Notes: generated from the letters alone by a model not told the origin. A stretch of 64,000 nucleotides of DNA from Candidatus Micrarchaeota archaeon (GCA_021811535.1 JAJZOF010000020.1:177077-241076); one strand, 5' to 3'; shown: positions 19,304 through 29,165, numbered from the stretch's first letter. Made by a program: numbers and translations.

Positions 19304-19430
19304 CTAAAAACCCATATACAATACACGCGAAGCAATTAAAAGCCGAAGCCTGCCAGAAGTATTCGGATAACGCAGCAAATATTTATATTCTTATTTAAAC
19401 CTATCATATCTGCAAATTCTTGGTAATCCA

Positions 19431-19853
19431 ATGCCTGAGACAAGAGCGTCACAGAGGACAAAGACTATAAACAAAAGAGAGCTCGTTACTGGCAAGCACG
19501 TATACGGCAATCTTTATGATATCAGCCCTGAGCTCCTTTACGATACGGAACTTCTATCCAGGATAATATCCGAATCAGCAAAGATAGGCAACATGCACAT
19601 CGTGGAAACAATAGTCAAGAAGTTCCAGAACCTCAAGGGCGGAATCGACGGCGGCGTCTCTGTAATAGCCCTGATAAAGGAAAGCCACATAACCATACAC
19701 ACATGGCCTGAAGGTAATTATGCCGCTGTGGACGTCTTCTCTTGCGGCCAGCAGAGCAGCCCGGAGAAAGCATTCGAGTACATAATACTCAAACTGAAGC
19801 CGAAGACTTACAAGATGTTCAAGGCAGACAGGGGCAATACGGTTCCTACCTGA
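19431..19853 (+). CDS. Pyruvoyl-dependent decarboxylase proenzyme, SpeD/SpeH family (AdoMet or arginine decarboxylase)
   Basis: ESH cleavage motif, HTWPE and DVFSCG; clustered with speB/speE. Confidence 0.88.
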   Translation: MPETRASQRTKTINKRELVTGKHVYGNLYDISPELLYDTELLSRIISESAKIGNMHIVETIVKKFQNLKGGIDGGVSVIALIKESHITIHTWPEGNYAAVDVFSCGQQSSPEKAFEYIILKLKPKTYKMFKADRGNTVPT

Positions 19854-20604
19854 CCATCCTGCGCCTTATTATCCTGTCGAGTTTGTCAGATAGTTCCTCC
19901 TTCATCGAAGGGAACCTGACTATGCGCAGGTTCTTTTTTGAGATATCTACCATAAAAGAGTCGCCTTTGCGGAGCATTGCCACCTCAATCCCGTCACACC
20001 TAAGTATCCCTTCATATTTTACTATATCGACCCTGAGTCTTTTGTCGCAGCCAAGCACGATAGGGCTATTGTACGGCCCGTCAGCATTTATGAACGTGGT
20101 GCAGAAGACATGGGTATCAAGTATGACAGGACCTCCTGCAGACTTGTTATATGCAGTAGAGCCGACACTGCATGTCACTATAAGCCCGTCTCCGCTCATC
20201 GCATAAGGATATATCGGGTGCTTTGTAGATGCGCCCTCATACACCCTGAAACTCACTTCCTGCGCTATGTTGTGGAGTGAGACTTCGTTAACGGCATAAT
20301 ATCGCCTTGATTTATACCTTAAGGATATCCTCCCCCCTATACTCTCCACTTTATATCTTCCATTCTTCAGAAGCCGTATAACCCTGTCCAGATCCTTCAT
20401 CGATACGTCTGCATAGAAGCCCATGCTTCCCTGCTCATCATATCTTATTGGAAGTATCGGTCCGTCATGCTCCCTGGCCGCCCTTACAAATGTACCGTCC
20501 CCTCCTATCGCAATGCATATGCTTGCCTTGTCACTGACTTCAAACGCATCGTATATCTTCCTGAGCTGCGGATAATCCTTATTTGTTACGAGCTTTATCC
20601 TGAT
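19846..20604 (-). CDS. nadK: NAD(+) kinase; frame extends 60 codons upstream of the first ATG, probable ATC start
   Basis: The upstream frame reads IRIKLVTNK...IAIGGDGTF; NE, GDG and GSTAYNKSAGGP motifs lie downstream. Confidence 0.85.
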   Translation of the reverse strand: MRIKLVTNKDYPQLRKIYDAFEVSDKASICIAIGGDGTFVRAAREHDGPILPIRYDEQGSMGFYADVSMKDLDRVIRLLKNGRYKVESIGGRISLRYKSRRYYAVNEVSLHNIAQEVSFRVYEGASTKHPIYPYAMSGDGLIVTCSVGSTAYNKSAGGPVILDTHVFCTTFINADGPYNSPIVLGCDKRLRVDIVKYEGILRCDGIEVAMLRKGDSFMVDISKKNLRIVRFPSMKEELSDKLDRIIRRRMVR

Positions 20605-21963
20605 CTACTCACCGGTAAAAAAATGTATAGGCCTGCCAAGCGCTTCCTCTGCCGCCTCCATGTACGCCTCCGAGAGTGTCGGGTGCGGGTGTATGGTGTC
20701 CGCAATATCCTCCAGTGTCCCTCCCATCTCTATAACCTCCGCAGCCTCAGAAATCATGTTTCCTGCATCCTGCGATACGATCTCTATTCCCTTCACGAGC
20801 TTATATTTGTTGTAAAAGACCTTCACAAATCCTTTGGTCTCATCTATCGCTATCGCCTTTCCGAGCGCGCTGAGCGGGAACTTCGCGCTCTCAAGCCCTG
20901 CACCGCCAATCTCTCCTGCCGATGCTATCTCAGGATCAGAGAATACCACAGATGGTATTACTGCATTATCGAATTCTGAATCTAGTCCTGCAGCGACTTC
21001 TCCTGCAATCACGCCCTGCCTCATTGCCTTGTGCGCGAGCATCGGTTCGCCAACAACGTCCCCAATGGCCATTATCTTATCGTCCTCAGTCTCGAGCCTC
21101 CTGTTCACCTTTATGAATCCCCTGCCGTCTCTGGACACCTTCGTATTCTCCAGCCCAAGCCCCATAGTATATGGCTCAAGCCCTATTGCAACAAGCACAA
21201 CCTCGGAATCAATCTTGGTGCCATCATCAAGCCGAACCTGATTCCCCGAAAACGAGACAGGCATAGATGCATAAACTTCAATGCCAAGCTCCCTCATCCT
21301 TGCAGAGACAATATCCGAAGCGTCCCTGTCGAAATGCGAGAGTATTCCTGATCGCGCTATTATCCTGACTTTCTTTCCCATCTTCGCATATATGGTGCCT
21401 ATTTCCACCGCAACGTAACCACCCCCCACTATCGTCATTGTTTCTGGAGGATGCTCAAGCATCAGCGCGGCCTTGTAGTCTATGATGCTCTTGCCATCGA
21501 AAGGCAGGCTATCAAGTGCCTTAGGCACGGATCCAGTAGCGATTATGGCCTTCTTGAAATCAAGCGAAGTGCCGTTTGTCAACTGTATCGTCGAGGAAGA
21601 TAGGAAGGTGGCCTCGCCCTTTATAACCTCCACCTTGTTCTTCCTGCACAGGAACTCTACTCCCTTTTCCAGCTTTTCAGATACCGCCATCCTCCATCTG
21701 TACAGAGCGCCAGCATCAAACTGCCCTGATAAAACCACTCCCTTATCCTTCGCATTAAGTGCCCTATGATAAAGATCAGAATAGTAAATCATTGTCTTTG
21801 AAGGTATGCATGCATAGTTCAGGCAGTGCCCACCCATCTTATGCTTCTCCACCACTGCAACCGAGAGCCCGAGCTGCGCGGCGCGTATTGCCGCAATATA
21901 CCCCCCTACTCCACCTCCTATTACTGCGAGGTCTACTTCTTCAGGCAAGGATCCCATCACCAT
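20605..21963 (-). CDS. lpdA: Dihydrolipoyl dehydrogenase (E3)
   Basis: GGGVGG, GGHCLNYACIPSK, HPHPTLSE. Confidence 0.96.
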   Translation of the reverse strand: MVMGSLPEEVDLAVIGGGVGGYIAAIRAAQLGLSVAVVEKHKMGGHCLNYACIPSKTMIYYSDLYHRALNAKDKGVVLSGQFDAGALYRWRMAVSEKLEKGVEFLCRKNKVEVIKGEATFLSSSTIQLTNGTSLDFKKAIIATGSVPKALDSLPFDGKSIIDYKAALMLEHPPETMTIVGGGYVAVEIGTIYAKMGKKVRIIARSGILSHFDRDASDIVSARMRELGIEVYASMPVSFSGNQVRLDDGTKIDSEVVLVAIGLEPYTMGLGLENTKVSRDGRGFIKVNRRLETEDDKIMAIGDVVGEPMLAHKAMRQGVIAGEVAAGLDSEFDNAVIPSVVFSDPEIASAGEIGGAGLESAKFPLSALGKAIAIDETKGFVKVFYNKYKLVKGIEIVSQDAGNMISEAAEVIEMGGTLEDIADTIHPHPTLSEAYMEAAEEALGRPIHFFTGE

Positions 21964-21971
21964 AAAAAAAC

Positions 21972-23186
21972 CTAAATCATATCGAGAAATTCAGGATCCT
22001 CGAGATACTTCTTCAGTGCGTTGCCAAATAACACTGCCTCGGCCCCGTCTACCACCCTGTGATCGAAAACAAGCGAGAACGGCAGAACCTTGCCTGCCAC
22101 AACATTCCCCTCCTTCACTACTGGCATATCGCGTATTAAGTGGACACCCAATATTGCAACCTCAGGGTAATTTATCATTGGAACAGAGAGATATCCGCCT
22201 CCAAGGCTGCCTATGTTGCTTATAGTGAAAGTGCTGTCCCGCATCTCCTCGATGCTTACCTCCCTCTTTCTTACCTTCGAGGAGAGTTCCTGTAGCTCCT
22301 GCGCTATCTTTAGTATGCTCTTCGAATCAGCGTTCCTTATCACAACCACCTTAAGCCCATCAGGCCCCTCCGCGCCTATGCCTATGTTGTAGTATTTCTT
22401 TATCACTACCTCCTCTTTATGCTGGTCATAGCTCGCATTGAACCTGGGGTTCTCCTTAAGCGCCTGCACGGCAGCCTTTATTATGAAAGGCAGGAAGGTC
22501 AGCTTTACTCCAAGCTTTTCTGCGTTGGCCTTCTCCCTGCTTACAATCCCATAAAGGCTTCCTGCATCTATTAAGTCCATATGTGCGGCCCTTGGTATCG
22601 TCCACGAAAGCTCCATATTCTTTGCAATAGTCTTTCTGGTCTGCGATAACGGCACGCGCTCAATCTCTTCAGAATGTTTCTCTTCAAGAAGCTCAGAGAA
22701 GACCGGTACAGAAGCCTTAGCAGGAGAAGCAGGCACCTTTGCAGCCCTTATATCATTTTCAAGTATTCTTCCTCCAGGGCCTGTCCCAATCACCTTACTT
22801 ATATCCACTCCAAGTTCCCTAGCAAGTTTCCTTATGTGGGGAGCAGCAATAACTTCCCCCTCCTTGCCTTCTTTTATGCTGCCTTTCTGCCCCTGTTTAT
22901 CAGCGACGACACCCTTGTCCTGCGCATGCTGAACTGCATCCGCAGTGGAAGTGGCACCTTCTTCACCTACCGTCGCAAGCAGGTCACCTACCTTGACCTC
23001 CTGCCCTTCCTTGACTGCAAAATGCACCCTGCCCGATATCGGGCTTGGGATATTTACCACTGCCTTGTCGGTCTCTATCTGCATTATTGGCTGATCTTCT
23101 TTGACATTATCGCCCTCTTTAAAGAGCAGCTTCTCAAGCTTGCCTTCTGTAATGCCTTCTCCCACATCAACAAATCTTATCTCCAC
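21972..23186 (-). CDS. pdhC: 2-oxoacid dehydrogenase E2 (dihydrolipoamide acyltransferase)
   Basis: Lipoyl ETDKA, E3-binding domain GTGPGGRI, catalytic DHRVVDG. Confidence 0.94.
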   Translation of the reverse strand: MEIRFVDVGEGITEGKLEKLLFKEGDNVKEDQPIMQIETDKAVVNIPSPISGRVHFAVKEGQEVKVGDLLATVGEEGATSTADAVQHAQDKGVVADKQGQKGSIKEGKEGEVIAAPHIRKLARELGVDISKVIGTGPGGRILENDIRAAKVPASPAKASVPVFSELLEEKHSEEIERVPLSQTRKTIAKNMELSWTIPRAAHMDLIDAGSLYGIVSREKANAEKLGVKLTFLPFIIKAAVQALKENPRFNASYDQHKEEVVIKKYYNIGIGAEGPDGLKVVVIRNADSKSILKIAQELQELSSKVRKREVSIEEMRDSTFTISNIGSLGGGYLSVPMINYPEVAILGVHLIRDMPVVKEGNVVAGKVLPFSLVFDHRVVDGAEAVLFGNALKKYLEDPEFLDMI

Positions 23187-23190
23187 ACAC

Positions 23191-24156
23191 TCAACTACTA
23201 AGTGATTTATCTATGGCCTCTGCTATCTTTTTCTCGTTGGGCAAGTAATATTTCTCATATCCTGGGAAAGGATAAGGGAGGCTAGGGGACGCAACACGTA
23301 ATATCGGTGCATCAAGCTCATATATGGCCTCTTCAGCTATCCTTGCCGCAACCTCTGCCCCAGCCCCAAAGCTTTCCGATGCCTCATGGACTATGACCAC
23401 ATGCCCTGTCTTCTTTGCCGACTCCACAAAGGTCCTGGTATCAAGAGGGTTTATTGTCCTTAAATCTATTATCTCCGCATCCACTTTCTTAGCATCAACA
23501 GTCTTCTGAACCACATTGACCATCGTTCCGTAAGTGATAATGGTTATATCATTCCCTTCCCTTAACACATTTGCCTTTCCTATGGGTACCTCATAACTCC
23601 CATCTGGTATATCCTGCTTAAAGAGCCTGTAGAGCTTAGTAGGCTCGAGAAACACCACAGGATCGTCTAATTTTACAGCGCTCAGCATGAGTCCCTTTGC
23701 ATCATACGGTGATGAAGGCTCCACTACAACAAGCCCCCCCATATGCGAATAATATACTTCAGGGCTTTCGGAATGATGTTCAAGGGTCCTCACACCTCCG
23801 CTTACAGGAGTCCTCACAACCATGGGAACAGTAAGCGTAGAACGGGACCTGCTCCTGAACCTGGCAGCATGGTTAACAAGCTGGCTGAATCCAAGAAACA
23901 TAAACCCGGCAAACTGTATCTCCGGTATGGGTCTTAGCCCGGCAAGAGCCATACCAACAGAAGTTCCTATTATCCCTGATTCTGCAAGCGGTGTGTCTAT
24001 GACTCTCTTCTCGCCAAACTTGGCAAGCAGACCCTCGGTTACCCTAAAAACTCCCCCGTCCTTGCCTATATCTTCTCCAAGCAGAACAACCTTGCTGTCA
24101 TTCTCCATTGCTATCCTTAAAGCGTCATTAATCGCCATTACCATATTTGCCTGCAT
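23191..24156 (-). CDS. pdhB: Pyruvate/2-oxoacid dehydrogenase E1 beta
   Basis: GEDIG..GGVFR, DTPLAE, EIQF, HHS; SD GGTGA before the ATG at 24156. Confidence 0.94.
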   Translation of the reverse strand: MQANMVMAINDALRIAMENDSKVVLLGEDIGKDGGVFRVTEGLLAKFGEKRVIDTPLAESGIIGTSVGMALAGLRPIPEIQFAGFMFLGFSQLVNHAARFRSRSRSTLTVPMVVRTPVSGGVRTLEHHSESPEVYYSHMGGLVVVEPSSPYDAKGLMLSAVKLDDPVVFLEPTKLYRLFKQDIPDGSYEVPIGKANVLREGNDITIITYGTMVNVVQKTVDAKKVDAEIIDLRTINPLDTRTFVESAKKTGHVVIVHEASESFGAGAEVAARIAEEAIYELDAPILRVASPSLPYPFPGYEKYYLPNEKKIAEAIDKSLSS

Positions 24157-24157
24157 C

Positions 24158-25240
24158 TTAATCACCCAGCCAGTATCCTGCTGCTTCACCTGCAGAGAGT
24201 TCCGAAGAGAGGACATCAGGCATAAAGCTGTATACATTCTTGAAGACAGAAGAAGGATCTGGAACAAATTTTTCTGCTTTTTCAAGCGCAGCATCAAGCG
24301 TCTTCACATTTTCTTCGTGCAATTCCCTTTCTTTGTCATCGTCCCAAAGATTCTTTGCAGATAGATACTTGCGTATACGCAGCAGCGGATCCCTATTCTT
24401 CCATATTGCTTCATCAGAACTATCCCTGTATTTCGTAGGGTCATCAGCTGTCGTATGCATGCCCATCCTGTATGTTATTGCTTCTATGACAAATGGGCCT
24501 CCCTCGCTCAAAGATCTCCTTATAGCATCCTTTACGGCCTTATATACTGCCACGACATCGTTTCCGTCCACCTGCATGCCCTCAATCCCAGCGGCAAATG
24601 CCTTCTGCGCAAGTGTCAGTGCAGCGCTCTGCTTTGCCCTTGGTATGGATATAGCCCACTGATTATTCTCTATAATCACTACAAGCGGCACTTTCCATAC
24701 GCCTGCAAAATTAAGTGCCTCGTAGAAGTCTCCTTCAGATGTGCCACCGTCCCCAACATAAACCACCACCGCAGCCCCGGTATTGTTGTATTTTTGCGCA
24801 AAGGCAATCCCTGACGCGTGTGGAAGCTGCGTGGAGACAGGGACGGCATTGGTCAGATACCTAAGTGGTTTACTTACTACGCATCCCTCTTCAAAACCCA
24901 TCCAGTATATGAAAAGCAGCTCAAGCGGAATGCCCCTCTCTATCTGCACCGCATGCTGCCTAAAAGACGGTACAAATATATCCTTCTCCCCCATCGCAAA
25001 AGCGCTTCCTATCTGCGTCGCCTCTTCTCCGAGAAGCGGAGCATAAGTTACCGCCCTTCCCTGCCTCTGCAGGCTCAGGAGCTTTGCATCAAAGTCCCTC
25101 GCGAAGCCCATCCTCTTATACATCCTCAATACTAATGCATCATCCACATCCTTGGGAAAAAGCGCTGCATCTGCGTTCCCATTCTCGTCTATTATCGAGA
25201 TATACTCTATCTTATCATCAAAAACCTGCTTGACAACCAA
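24158..25240 (-). CDS. pdhA: Pyruvate/2-oxoacid dehydrogenase E1 alpha
   Basis: TPP motif GDGGTSEGD...NN, LQRQGR, HTTADDP. Confidence 0.94.
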   Translation of the reverse strand: MVVKQVFDDKIEYISIIDENGNADAALFPKDVDDALVLRMYKRMGFARDFDAKLLSLQRQGRAVTYAPLLGEEATQIGSAFAMGEKDIFVPSFRQHAVQIERGIPLELLFIYWMGFEEGCVVSKPLRYLTNAVPVSTQLPHASGIAFAQKYNNTGAAVVVYVGDGGTSEGDFYEALNFAGVWKVPLVVIIENNQWAISIPRAKQSAALTLAQKAFAAGIEGMQVDGNDVVAVYKAVKDAIRRSLSEGGPFVIEAITYRMGMHTTADDPTKYRDSSDEAIWKNRDPLLRIRKYLSAKNLWDDDKERELHEENVKTLDAALEKAEKFVPDPSSVFKNVYSFMPDVLSSELSAGEAAGYWLGD

Positions 25241-25307
25241 ACAACCGCCTATTTAATCTGCAATGCAAATTATAAATTAATATCTGAAAAAATAGGCACC
25301 ATTCATA

Positions 25308-25994
25308 TCAAAGGAGAATAATGGAAAGTGTCCGTGCCTTATCGAGTAAAGATGCGCTTGTAAGGTTATCCCCGTTTTCTATCGTTCCGACTGCCTCAAG
25401 GAATGCTCTCAAATCCTTCCTGTACAGCTTAACCCTACTCACGCTAGCCCCGCGCATCTCCGCTCCAAGCATGCGCGCCCCGCGCAGATCTGCTCCCTTA
25501 ATATCCGCGCCGAAGAGATAACTTCCTTCCATAATCGCATTTCTAAGAATAGCGCCTTTCATATAAGCCCCCCAAAAATAAGCATCGGAGAAATCCGCAT
25601 GCGATAAGTCTGAATATGCCATGTAAGCGCCGCTCATGTTTGCGCCTCTGAAAGACGAATGCGCCAATCTTGCATAGCCAAGATTTGCCCCGCCAAAGTT
25701 TGCACATTCGCAGTCGGATCCTGTAATATTCGCATACCCTAAGTTTGCACCTCCAAAATTCATACCGCGCAGATACGCATTTTTGATGGATGCGCGGTAC
25801 AGGTTAGCGCCTCCGGCATTCATCGCACCGATCTTCTTACTGTCAAGCATCAGTGCACCCAAATTTCTTTCGCCGAAAATGATGCCAAGAGCGCGCCTCT
25901 CTCCCATCCTGCCCCTGCCACCAGCCTTTTTCCCAAGCAAAAAATCCGCATAAAGCGATGCTGCATCTTGTACATCAACACGCATATCAATCAC
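25308..25994 (-). CDS. Pentapeptide repeat protein
   Basis: Tandem A(N/D/Y)(L/F/M)xx repeats across about 120 aa. Confidence 0.88.
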   Translation of the reverse strand: MIDMRVDVQDAASLYADFLLGKKAGGRGRMGERRALGIIFGERNLGALMLDSKKIGAMNAGGANLYRASIKNAYLRGMNFGGANLGYANITGSDCECANFGGANLGYARLAHSSFRGANMSGAYMAYSDLSHADFSDAYFWGAYMKGAILRNAIMEGSYLFGADIKGADLRGARMLGAEMRGASVSRVKLYRKDLRAFLEAVGTIENGDNLTSASLLDKARTLSIILL

Positions 25995-26089
25995 GCAAAT
26001 TCCAAAAACCCCTACCGATTCTGTATCAATTTATAAGCATTTATAATAAAAACTACTATTACTATTAACTGTTGTTTGTACGGTTGTGA

Positions 26090-26839
26090 TTGATGGAAGC
26101 AATAATATTGTGCGGAGGATTTGCGACGAGGCTTGAACCAATAACCTTGTTTGTGCCAAAACCGCTTCTGCCTATCCAGGGCAAACCCATAATAGATAAC
26201 ACCATGGATAAGATGCGCGCTGCAAAGCCAAAGCGCATCATAATATCTACAAACAAGAAGTTCTCAGACCAGTTTGAGCACTGGGCCGTCTCGAGGGAGC
26301 GCACGTCAGGCACAGGCAAAATAGAGATACTTGTAGAGCCCACACTCCACAACAAAGAGAAATTCGGCGCAGTAAAGGGGATAGAGTTTGCTATAAAGAA
26401 GAAGAGGATAAACGACGACCTACTCATAGTCGCGGGGGACAATTTCTACAAATTTGATTTGCAGCGCATGATCAAGCGATTCAGGGAACTACGCAAGCCT
26501 GTAATAGCATTGCACGATATAAAAAAGAAGGAGGAGGCAAGGAGGTTTGGTGTCATATCGATGAAAAACGGCATAATAGCCCACTTCGAGGAGAAGCCAG
26601 AGAAGCCAAAGTCAACCCTGATAAGCACCGGAATATACCTATTCCCTAAAGAAACCCTGAGAATGTTTGAAGAGTATCTATCAGACAGCAACAATCCCGA
26701 CGCCCCGGGATATTTCCTGCACTGGCTGATAAACAAGGAAAAAGTATACGGGGTAACATATAATGAAGAGTGGTACGACATAGGCACAATAGATACATAC
26801 AGGAAGGTATTCGAGTCCTGCATGAAAAGGAGTGGATAA
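26090..26839 (+). CDS. Sugar-phosphate nucleotidyltransferase
   Basis: LCGGFATRL..PKPLL, AGDN, EEKP, WYDIGT. Confidence 0.9.
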   Translation: MMEAIILCGGFATRLEPITLFVPKPLLPIQGKPIIDNTMDKMRAAKPKRIIISTNKKFSDQFEHWAVSRERTSGTGKIEILVEPTLHNKEKFGAVKGIEFAIKKKRINDDLLIVAGDNFYKFDLQRMIKRFRELRKPVIALHDIKKKEEARRFGVISMKNGIIAHFEEKPEKPKSTLISTGIYLFPKETLRMFEEYLSDSNNPDAPGYFLHWLINKEKVYGVTYNEEWYDIGTIDTYRKVFESCMKRSG

Positions 26840-26885
26840 TCTACATCGTGAGATGGATATGCAGACAGTTTACTGGTGAAGCATC

Positions 26886-28022
26886 TCACAGTCTCTCTAT
26901 TAATTCAGCATAAAGCGAAGCCACTTCGCCGAGACCCTTTCTCGAAACCCATTCATTCTCTGCATGTGGGTTATCTCCGTTAGGTGCTATTGTTATAACT
27001 GGCACATGCAGTATATTGGATATTATATTATCGTCAGCAACAGAGCTGCCGTAGTTAATATGATGGGTTCCACACCTCTCATCCACAATGCGTATCACCC
27101 GCCTGACGCTCTTATCAGACAGCTTCGTCTCGTAAGGGTCTATGTAAGGCGTCTCCCTTTTAGCTATGGAGACATCTACCACAGTGCGCCTGTCCAGGGT
27201 CCCGCTCGACTTCAGCCTCCTTACAAGCTCCTCTACCCTCTTCTTTGCCTTAGTTCCTGTATCCGGAGGCACCAGATGGAGATCTACACCTATCCTTGCA
27301 CTCTCAGGTATCGCAAGCCCGGTAGACCTTCCTTCAAAGAGATTTGCGAAAGCAGTCTCGCCTCCAAGTGCCTTGTGCTTAAGCAGCTTTAAGTCACCAA
27401 GCCCCAAAACTATCTTTGAAGCCTCATCTATTGCGTTTATCCCTTTCTTTGGCTGTGCGCCATGAAAAGCAAAACCTCTTACATCTATGTTAATCACAAC
27501 CCGCCCTCGCCTCCCTGCAGTTATCACGTCCGCGCCTCCCTTATACTTCTCCGAATGCCCGGAGTCGCCGGACAATGCTATTGACACCCCGCTGAACCAT
27601 TTCCTGTTTGAAGAGAGCGCCTTCCATCCACCAACAGATATGTTCTCCTCGTCAACACAGAATACGGCCTTGAGGGATCTTCCTTTACTGGCAGCCAGCC
27701 CAGAAAGTATCGCAGCCAAGCCCCCCTTCATGTCACACGCGCCCAGACCTATTAACCTATCCCCATCCCTCTCAAGCTTTAGTGGATTTGTATGCCATCT
27801 TCCGTGCGGTATTACTGTATCCATGTGGCCGTAGAGGAGTATTGGCCTTCCGCTGCCCTTCCTCTCGGCAAATATGTTAAAGCGCCCTTCGCTGACATAC
27901 TGCCTCCTTACAACCATCCCTTCTTCTTTGAGATAGCCTTCTATAAATTCGCCTATCCTGGACTCATTGGGAAAAGATGAGTCGATAGAGACCAGCTTCG
28001 AGAGTAAAGGTTCCACATCCAT
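26886..28022 (-). CDS. M20 family metallo-deacylase/peptidase (ArgE/DapE/LysK-like)
   Basis: GHMDTV, GACDMKGG, DEE, HGA..GINAI, PHAENE. Confidence 0.9.
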   Translation of the reverse strand: MDVEPLLSKLVSIDSSFPNESRIGEFIEGYLKEEGMVVRRQYVSEGRFNIFAERKGSGRPILLYGHMDTVIPHGRWHTNPLKLERDGDRLIGLGACDMKGGLAAILSGLAASKGRSLKAVFCVDEENISVGGWKALSSNRKWFSGVSIALSGDSGHSEKYKGGADVITAGRRGRVVINIDVRGFAFHGAQPKKGINAIDEASKIVLGLGDLKLLKHKALGGETAFANLFEGRSTGLAIPESARIGVDLHLVPPDTGTKAKKRVEELVRRLKSSGTLDRRTVVDVSIAKRETPYIDPYETKLSDKSVRRVIRIVDERCGTHHINYGSSVADDNIISNILHVPVITIAPNGDNPHAENEWVSRKGLGEVASLYAELIERL

Positions 28023-28029
28023 GATATCA

Positions 28030-28851
28030 TCAGAATAAATTGTCGAATGCATGGCAGTTGGAAAATGCCTCCAGAGCAGCTTCTCTTACAGACGTCTCAT
28101 GGTACATTACCTGAAGGCTTTTCATGTGCCCTTCTATCTCTACATGGTTCCTAAGGAGACCGCCAAAATCCCTGTTTATTTTTGCCGCGTTTATAACAGC
28201 CCCATTCTCATTGTTTGATTCTGAAAAGAGGGAATAATCCGGATACCTGCTAAGCATGAAGTAAAGCATCCCTACCTGCATCCCGAAATGTATATTGTTG
28301 TGCCTGTGCCCCTCTTTTACATATGTGTCCGTGAATTCCGCCAGCCTTACCACATTCCTCCCATTATCCAAGGGAACTTCATTCATCTCGCATATCGATA
28401 TGCCTATCAGTTCACGTCCGGCTTCTGTCTCTCTGTAGGCTACAGAGACTATATTGCTGTTATTAAGTATAGCGCCCCTTACTTCTTCACTGTTGTATTG
28501 GAAAGCGCCAAGGAAAGAATTAAGCTCCGGCTCATGATCGGAGAGAAGCGACCTTCTGGAGTTCTCATCTACAACAAGCCTAACCATATATCCTCCTTCA
28601 AGCGCATATGTGCCGGCCTCTCTCTCTGCCCTGTCTATTACAACCCTCTCGAGCCGTTCGGCTATGCTTACTTTCCTCTCTGCTCTCGCCTGTCCGAGCC
28701 TCTCGTCGCAAGTAGCCCTTTTCTGTTCTGTAAGTTCCCTGCTCGGCGAGTTATACCCTATATAGACGAGCGAGTAGCCATTTCCAAGACCGAAACTGGC
28801 CTCAACATGCTCAATTTTATGAACCAGACCATCAGATACTACTGCCCTCAC
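28030..28851 (-). CDS. GNAT acetyltransferase-like protein resembling AblB/YodP (5' end uncertain; frame open to 29061)
   Basis: C-terminal LAEFTDTYVKEGHRHNN and FGGLLRNHVEIEG..LQVMY resemble beta-lysine N-acetyltransferase motifs (recalled, not searched). Confidence 0.55.
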   Translation of the reverse strand: MRAVVSDGLVHKIEHVEASFGLGNGYSLVYIGYNSPSRELTEQKRATCDERLGQARAERKVSIAERLERVVIDRAEREAGTYALEGGYMVRLVVDENSRRSLLSDHEPELNSFLGAFQYNSEEVRGAILNNSNIVSVAYRETEAGRELIGISICEMNEVPLDNGRNVVRLAEFTDTYVKEGHRHNNIHFGMQVGMLYFMLSRYPDYSLFSESNNENGAVINAAKINRDFGGLLRNHVEIEGHMKSLQVMYHETSVREAALEAFSNCHAFDNLF

Positions 28852-29150
28852 AGAGAGCCTTGAGAATGAGTCATCATCAAGCCTGGCTATACCTTCTCTA
28901 ACAGTCCTGTTTAGAAAATCTGCCCTGAAATCATTCCTTATCGTATACGGTATGAAACCTTTAAGCCTTTTAGAAGTTGCCGGCTCTATACCATCCCGTG
29001 GACCAAAGCTTGTATTAGCCCTTGACTCCTGCCTGTAAAGCGAATTTATAAGGGTGCTTTTCTAAACACCTTGTTCTCTCCATAGGGTCACCATGAATAA
29101 ATGATAATACCATTCTTCCATAACTCCTATTTAAATATTCGTATTTATTC

Positions 29151-29165
29151 TTACGAATATCGTAA
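29151..29165. promoter_or_regulatory. Palindromic Lrp-type operator candidate TTACGA-ATA-TCGTAA
   Basis: Perfect 6-3-6 inverted repeat about 15 bp upstream of a minus-strand TTTAAATA box (29128-29135), right after the Lrp gene. Confidence 0.6.

Noticed and set aside
23191-24297. ORF-track N-terminal extensions (pdhB, kinase to 44135, DUF92 to 17526, NFACT from 55960, aquaporin from 29575)
   Set aside because: They overlap neighbouring genes; downstream ATGs fit the family N-termini and SD/TATA spacing better.
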